Under the pieces are notes generated by a model. The model was given only the letters and a program-made list of their open reading frames with translations, made no database searches and was not told the DNA's origin. Shown piece by piece: positions 37,703 to 41,498 of a stretch of DNA of 41,498 nucleotides. The number at the start of each line of letters is the position of its first letter. Within the stretch, counting starts at the first letter, position 1. The DNA lies in assembly GCA_023269855.1 (NCBI GenBank), contig JAGDWP010000056.1, positions 1-41,498 on the forward strand. The letters run 5' to 3'. This DNA is from Nitrososphaerales archaeon (GTDB lineage Archaea; Thermoproteota; Nitrososphaeria_A; Caldarchaeales; Wolframiiraptoraceae). Position numbers and translations under genes: made by a program.

Positions 37703-38963
37703 AGAATACAAGAGGTCCCATGTGTTTGGTATGGATTACGGTACAGGCGACTTCAAGTATGGGCCGATAACAATAGGTGAAGTACCCGAAGTAATTGAGA
37801 GCAGAGGATACTTCATTGAGAGAAGCTCTATTATGTCCAGGATTATGGGTGTTGATAGAGAAGTCGTAGTCGGTAAAGATCTACCCCTCTTCCTAGAATC
37901 GAGAGAGGATGTTGCTGAGAGATTGGTATATCCTATGAAGAACGGGATAGTAGAGAGAAACGATGTTAGAGCATGGCAAGTAATAAAAGAATTAACTAAC
38001 TATGCTCTACAAAGTTTTACACTGGACGACCCAGACTTTAAAGGATTCTACGTTGTCGCAAGTCTAGCAGTCGTTGCTCCCAGATACATGTATGAGCAGT
38101 TATTTGATATTTTTGGAGAATTGAATGCTGAGAAGATGCTTGTTAGAGCTGCAACGATAATTCCTCAGCCTTTAGCTGTAGCTATTGCGCATAAGACTCC
38201 AACATGCGTAGTTGTCGAGTCTGGTCACGGGAACACTCAGGTATGCCCAATCTCAATGTACCCTATAAGAAATGCAGTTGTAGCTCTAAATCGAGGTGGA
38301 AGTGCTGCAAATACTTTAACATCTGAGATTCTTAAAGATGCTGGATATGGAGATCTAGCCAAAGAAGAGAAGCTTGTTAGAAGAGTTAAAGAGCAGATTG
38401 GTCTCCTACCCAAGAGACTTGAAGACTCGATAGACTATGCTAGGAGGAATCCTGAAAAAGTAAAGACTGAGATAAGGATCGAGGGGACTAGGATAAAGAT
38501 AGATCTAGGAGAAGAAAGCTGGACGAGGTTTCTAATAGGTGAATATGCTTTTAATCCTGGGCACGAGATATTCCAAAGCTACTTTAAGAGAGGTATGCCT
38601 AGACCAGGCGATGTCAAAATCGGAGATACATACTTCTATGGAATGACAGATCTCTCAGAAGCTATAATTGAAGCAGTTGAGAAATGCTCTGTAGAACTCC
38701 AACCTCACCTCTACTCTCGGATTATTCTGTCTGGAGGAAACTTTAATTGGAATGCTCCTAAGGGTTTAGAAGGAATAGCTGTTACTTCGGATGAAAAAAT
38801 TAGGTATATGTTGAAAGAGAAGGGTATAGAAAATGTTCAAGCAATCGTTGCTAGAGAACCTACATACTCTGTCTGGAGAGGCTGCATAGTATATGGTTAT
38901 GCTGTCCCATACGATTTTAAGTGGAAATGGGAGAGAATGGAGGGGTGGCTTAACTATGCGTAG
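37695..38963 (+). CDS. cren-1: Crenactin (archaeal actin homologue)
   Basis: An actin/HSP70 fold with crenactin-like blocks along its whole length: 'FGMDYGTGDFKYGPIT', 'VYPMKNGIV', 'WQVIKELTNYAL', 'IIPQPLAVAIA', 'VVVESGHGNTQVCPI', 'ALNRGGSAANT', 'WTRFLIGEYAFNP', 'IILSGGNFNW', 'PTYSVWRGCIVYGYA'. The ATG at 37695 is preferred over the GTG at 37686. Confidence 0.88.
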   Translation: MSEEYKRSHVFGMDYGTGDFKYGPITIGEVPEVIESRGYFIERSSIMSRIMGVDREVVVGKDLPLFLESREDVAERLVYPMKNGIVERNDVRAWQVIKELTNYALQSFTLDDPDFKGFYVVASLAVVAPRYMYEQLFDIFGELNAEKMLVRAATIIPQPLAVAIAHKTPTCVVVESGHGNTQVCPISMYPIRNAVVALNRGGSAANTLTSEILKDAGYGDLAKEEKLVRRVKEQIGLLPKRLEDSIDYARRNPEKVKTEIRIEGTRIKIDLGEESWTRFLIGEYAFNPGHEIFQSYFKRGMPRPGDVKIGDTYFYGMTDLSEAIIEAVEKCSVELQPHLYSRIILSGGNFNWNAPKGLEGIAVTSDEKIRYMLKEKGIENVQAIVAREPTYSVWRGCIVYGYAVPYDFKWKWERMEGWLNYA

Positions 38964-39633
38964 GAGACCGACGCCAGAAGACATAATCTCAACCCTCTTG
39001 ATGGAAGAAGGATTCTACGAGGTTTCAAGAAATACTGAATCAACATGGTTGGATAACCAGATAATTCTATCCGACGGTAAACTACAGATAGTTGTAAATA
39101 TTCTATCCGAAGACTCATGTAATTCAAAGTCTATCATTCATGAAGCCTTGATTGAGACACAGAAACTCCAAAGCAAATACGATGGAGTAATCATTGCAGT
39201 ACCTAGAAGATACTCGAAAATTGTTGATGAAAGCTTACTACTCAAGTATGGTATCGGTCTGATAATATACGACATGATGGGCGCGGAGGAAGTCCTTCCT
39301 CCTAAGATAAACATTAATAGGAAAGAGAAGATACAAAACACTCAATATAGTATTGAGAAAAGCTCAATCACAGAGATTGCTATTCTCAAGTCTGAGATAG
39401 CCAAGATAATGAGAATGCTTGAAGAGATGGAGGCTAGATTAGATAGATTAGAGAAAGAACAGAGAATACTGGCAAGCAAGATAATCGAATTAGAAAGAAC
39501 AAATTCTTCTAAAGATACTGAGCAAGAATTGGTTAAAGTAACAATGAGCAAGCTTCATTCTAACAGTAATGATAACCTCCCAAGCTATCTCAAGGATAAT
39601 CCATGGCTAGAAATTCTTTCAAAAAGAGTGTAG
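38956..39633 (+). CDS. Arcadin-2-like protein (globular N-domain, coiled coil, short C-terminal tail); assignment by position and architecture only
   Basis: The ATG at 38956 overlaps the crenactin stop by 8 nt. 225 aa. A heptad-rich segment 'ITEIAILKSEIAKIMRMLEEMEARLDRLEKEQRILASKIIELER' spans approx. nt 39370-39504. A polar linker and then an amphipathic C-terminus 'LPSYLKDNPWLEILSKRV' follow. Confidence 0.6.
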   Translation: MRRRPTPEDIISTLLMEEGFYEVSRNTESTWLDNQIILSDGKLQIVVNILSEDSCNSKSIIHEALIETQKLQSKYDGVIIAVPRRYSKIVDESLLLKYGIGLIIYDMMGAEEVLPPKININRKEKIQNTQYSIEKSSITEIAILKSEIAKIMRMLEEMEARLDRLEKEQRILASKIIELERTNSSKDTEQELVKVTMSKLHSNSNDNLPSYLKDNPWLEILSKRV

Positions 39634-40421
39634 ATAAATTGAAGATAATTGTCCTAGGTTCAGGGTCAATTATTCCGACGAAAAATAGATTCTCAACATC
39701 CTTCTTCATAGAATATTCCGGAGGAAGGATACTTCTAGACATAGGTCCGGGAACAATAGAGAAATTAAGACGGCTAGATATTCGACCCGATTCTATTGAT
39801 AGACTGTTTATAACTCATTTTCACCTAGATCATACCTTGGATCTACCGGTGTTGATAAAAGTTAGGATGTTTAATGAGTTTGGAGGTCCTAATCCCAGTC
39901 CTCGAACACTTAACGTTTACGGTCCTACAGGTCTTAAAAACTTTATAGATAAATTAATTTCTCATGAAGGAGTATACAGTTATCTTTCTGAGATGATGCG
40001 TAACCTAGATTACTTGAAAATCCATGAAGTAGGAGAAGGACGGGTAGAGGAATTAGAGAATCTCCGGGTTTATTCCGTATCTGTCGAGCATTATAATGGG
40101 GTTGCATATAGATTTGAACTAGATAATGTTACCATAGCTTACTCTGGAGATACAGTATATGATGAAAGAATGTTGAAGCTAGCAGAAGGTGTAGATATCC
40201 TTATTCATGAATGTTCATTCCCCAAAGAATCGATATTAGGTAAGCATACTTCAGATGAAGATCTAATAAATATAGGTGAAAGAACGAAACCGAAGATACT
40301 CATAGTGTCCCACTTATACCCGGTATGGGAAGGGAGAGAGAAGCAGCTTGAAGATAAACTCAGGAAAGAGATTGGATGCAAAGTCTACGTTGTAAAAGAC
40401 ATGGATACTTTATACGTCTGA
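39603..40421 (+). CDS. MBL-fold metallo-hydrolase (RNase Z/ElaC-like short form)
   Basis: Contains 'IIVLGSGS', the metal motif 'ITHFHLDHTLDLP', 'YSGDT', and 'HECSF'. The ATG at 39603 gives a 31-nt overlap with the upstream gene. The in-frame TTG at 39639 would give none. Confidence 0.8.
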   Translation: MARNSFKKSVDKLKIIVLGSGSIIPTKNRFSTSFFIEYSGGRILLDIGPGTIEKLRRLDIRPDSIDRLFITHFHLDHTLDLPVLIKVRMFNEFGGPNPSPRTLNVYGPTGLKNFIDKLISHEGVYSYLSEMMRNLDYLKIHEVGEGRVEELENLRVYSVSVEHYNGVAYRFELDNVTIAYSGDTVYDERMLKLAEGVDILIHECSFPKESILGKHTSDEDLINIGERTKPKILIVSHLYPVWEGREKQLEDKLRKEIGCKVYVVKDMDTLYV

Positions 40422-40508
40422 CCAAGGAATTCTCATCAGTTACATTCCAGACTTATTAGAAAATTATAGTTTTAAAGAGAAGAATACTCTGATTCGTAGG
40501 TGCATAAA

Positions 40509-41030
40509 ATGATCTTGAGCGATTTCGATCTTTGGGCATACATTAAAGGGAGACGCTTAATCATTGAGCCTTTCGATGAAACTATCGTTAGAGAGAATGG
40601 AATTGATTTAAGGATAGGTAAAATGATTGCTAGAATGAAGAAGACCGATAAGCCTTTAGATACTAGAAACGTAGTCGATATCGAGGAATTCTATATGATT
40701 GAAGAAGGTGAAAGCTTCATAGTATGGCCCCATGAGCACGTTCTACTCCATACGATAGAATATATTAAGCTCCCAGTTGACTTGATGGGCTTCGTTAATC
40801 TTAGAAGCAGCTATGCTAGGGTTGGATTAACTATTCCACCCACAATAATTGATGCAAACTTCGAGGGAGAATTAACCATAGAGCTCGTAGGTGGAGATTT
40901 TCCAGTCAAACTCTATCATGGAGATAGATTCCTCCACGTCGTTTTCGCTAAGCTGTCCTCAGTAGTTGAAAAACCTTACCAAGGAAAATACCAAGGACAG
41001 AGGGGTGTAAGACTCCCATCCTTCAAGTAA
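40509..41030 (+). CDS. dcd: dCTP deaminase (possibly the bifunctional dCTP deaminase/dUTPase type)
   Basis: Contains canonical N-terminal 'MILSDFDL', 'NGIDLRIG', 'LRSSYARVGL', 'ANFEGELTIEL', and 'YQGKYQGQ'. The ATG at 40509 is preferred over the GTG at 40500. Confidence 0.9.
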   Translation: MILSDFDLWAYIKGRRLIIEPFDETIVRENGIDLRIGKMIARMKKTDKPLDTRNVVDIEEFYMIEEGESFIVWPHEHVLLHTIEYIKLPVDLMGFVNLRSSYARVGLTIPPTIIDANFEGELTIELVGGDFPVKLYHGDRFLHVVFAKLSSVVEKPYQGKYQGQRGVRLPSFK

Positions 41031-41170
41031 CTTCCTCAACATTATCATCGTCATTTATAGACGTGAATTTATCAAGACGCATCTGTGGATGCATAGTCTC
41101 ATCACCTTTATAAACTCTATAAACATTACCCTTAGACATATCCTCACATAATATATTCTTATCCTTTAAA

Positions 41171-41347
41171 TTAGGATTCTATGCCAATCTTCTTAATTCT
41201 TCTAGGCTTAGACCTTAATGTTGCTCCACATCTTGGACAAGTCTTACTATCTATTAGAAAAGCCTCTCCACACTTACTACAATACTTGTAACTCTTAATA
41301 TGATTAGATGTTGTGTCTATTTTCAGGATAGTCTCTAAGAAATATAT
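41171..41347 (-). CDS. Small zinc-ribbon ORF, ribosomal protein L40e-like; the open frame has no ATG/GTG/TTG
   Basis: Hand translation of the minus strand gives IYFLETILKIDTTSNHIKSYKYCSKCGEAFLIDSKTCPRCGATLRSKPRRIKKIGIES*. The C-x2-C-x10-C-x2-C spacing followed by LR.K and a basic tail matches my recollection of archaeal L40e. It is too short for the supplied ORF track. Confidence 0.35.
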   Translation of the reverse strand: MYFLETILKIDTTSNHIKSYKYCSKCGEAFLIDSKTCPRCGATLRSKPRRIKKIGIES

Positions 41348-41457
41348 TCAGGGTTGAGGAGATTATTAGGTGGACTCCTAGGATTTGGTGAGCTTGTGGT
41401 TAGGGGTCCACAGGGGTTACGACCACAAGTGATGTAGGAGCTGCCCCTCATCCAGGC

Positions 41458-41465
41458 TTTAAATA
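41458..41465 (+). promoter_or_regulatory. Consensus-like archaeal TATA box (TTTAAATA) preceding a G+C-rich transcript start at about 41488
   Basis: 'gcTTTAAATAg' is followed about 25 nt later by GGCGGCGGGTT, where the window ends. The local G+C is far above the window background, as expected for a stable RNA in a thermophile. Confidence 0.3.
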
Positions 41466-41498
41466 GTCTGGATCCAGCCGTCTGGCTGGCGGCGGGTT

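Noticed and set aside
41468-41477. A perfect 10-nt palindrome CTGGATCCAG (contains GGATCC) between the TATA box and the putative RNA start.
   Set aside because: It is too short to interpret alone. It lies where initially transcribed or promoter DNA would be and may simply be part of the helix CCAG...CTGG noted in the structured-RNA finding.
1-41498. A search by eye for CRISPR arrays, transposases, integrases, toxin-antitoxin pairs or known defence genes, including around the tRNA at 64-154.
   Set aside because: No regularly spaced direct repeats were found. No DDE, tyrosine or serine recombinase motifs were found. The only PIN protein is the conserved Fcf1-like gene following aIF2-gamma, not a VapBC pair (no upstream antitoxin ORF).

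Overview
This is a visibly AT-rich chromosomal window, roughly 35-40% G+C by eye (not computed), from an archaeon, most likely a thermophilic member of the TACK/Thermoproteota group. The assignment rests on aEF-2, aIF2-gamma, uS4, Taw1, PurP, type-2 IPP isomerase, an intron-containing tRNA with all-G:C stems, and a crenactin gene. Genes are densely packed and many start/stop codons overlap.

Layout:
- 64-154: tRNA-Arg(GCG).
- 355-13432: one co-directional nucleotide-metabolism block. It holds pyrF-pyrE-pyrK-pyrD, two tandem purP genes, guaB-purA-purB, and a four-gene ECF-type transporter operon ending in an Xpt/PurR-type phosphoribosyltransferase.
- 13.4-31 kb: housekeeping genes. These are DUF72, Memo, idi2, ndk, aIF2-gamma with a PIN protein, a 765-aa repeat-rich surface protein, DUF89, Moco genes moeA/moaB/moaC around rps4, HIT, taw1, IMPase, gyaR and Mrp/ApbC.
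- 31.2-34.3 kb: a polar amino acid ABC transporter, followed by aEF-2.
- 37.2-39.6 kb: a crenactin (archaeal actin) operon, followed by an MBL-fold hydrolase and dcd.

Most notable observations:
- The crenactin gene is translationally coupled on both sides to family-less proteins. One has an arcadin-2-like architecture.
- The ECF importer is fused in an operon to a purine-type PRTase.
- A CPxC...CxxC zinc-ribbon gene is disrupted by a frameshift and an in-frame TAA.
- An L40e-like zinc-ribbon ORF has no canonical start codon.
- A G+C-rich, promoter-preceded RNA-like element is cut by the window end.

I saw no CRISPR array, transposase, integrase or recognisable defence system.
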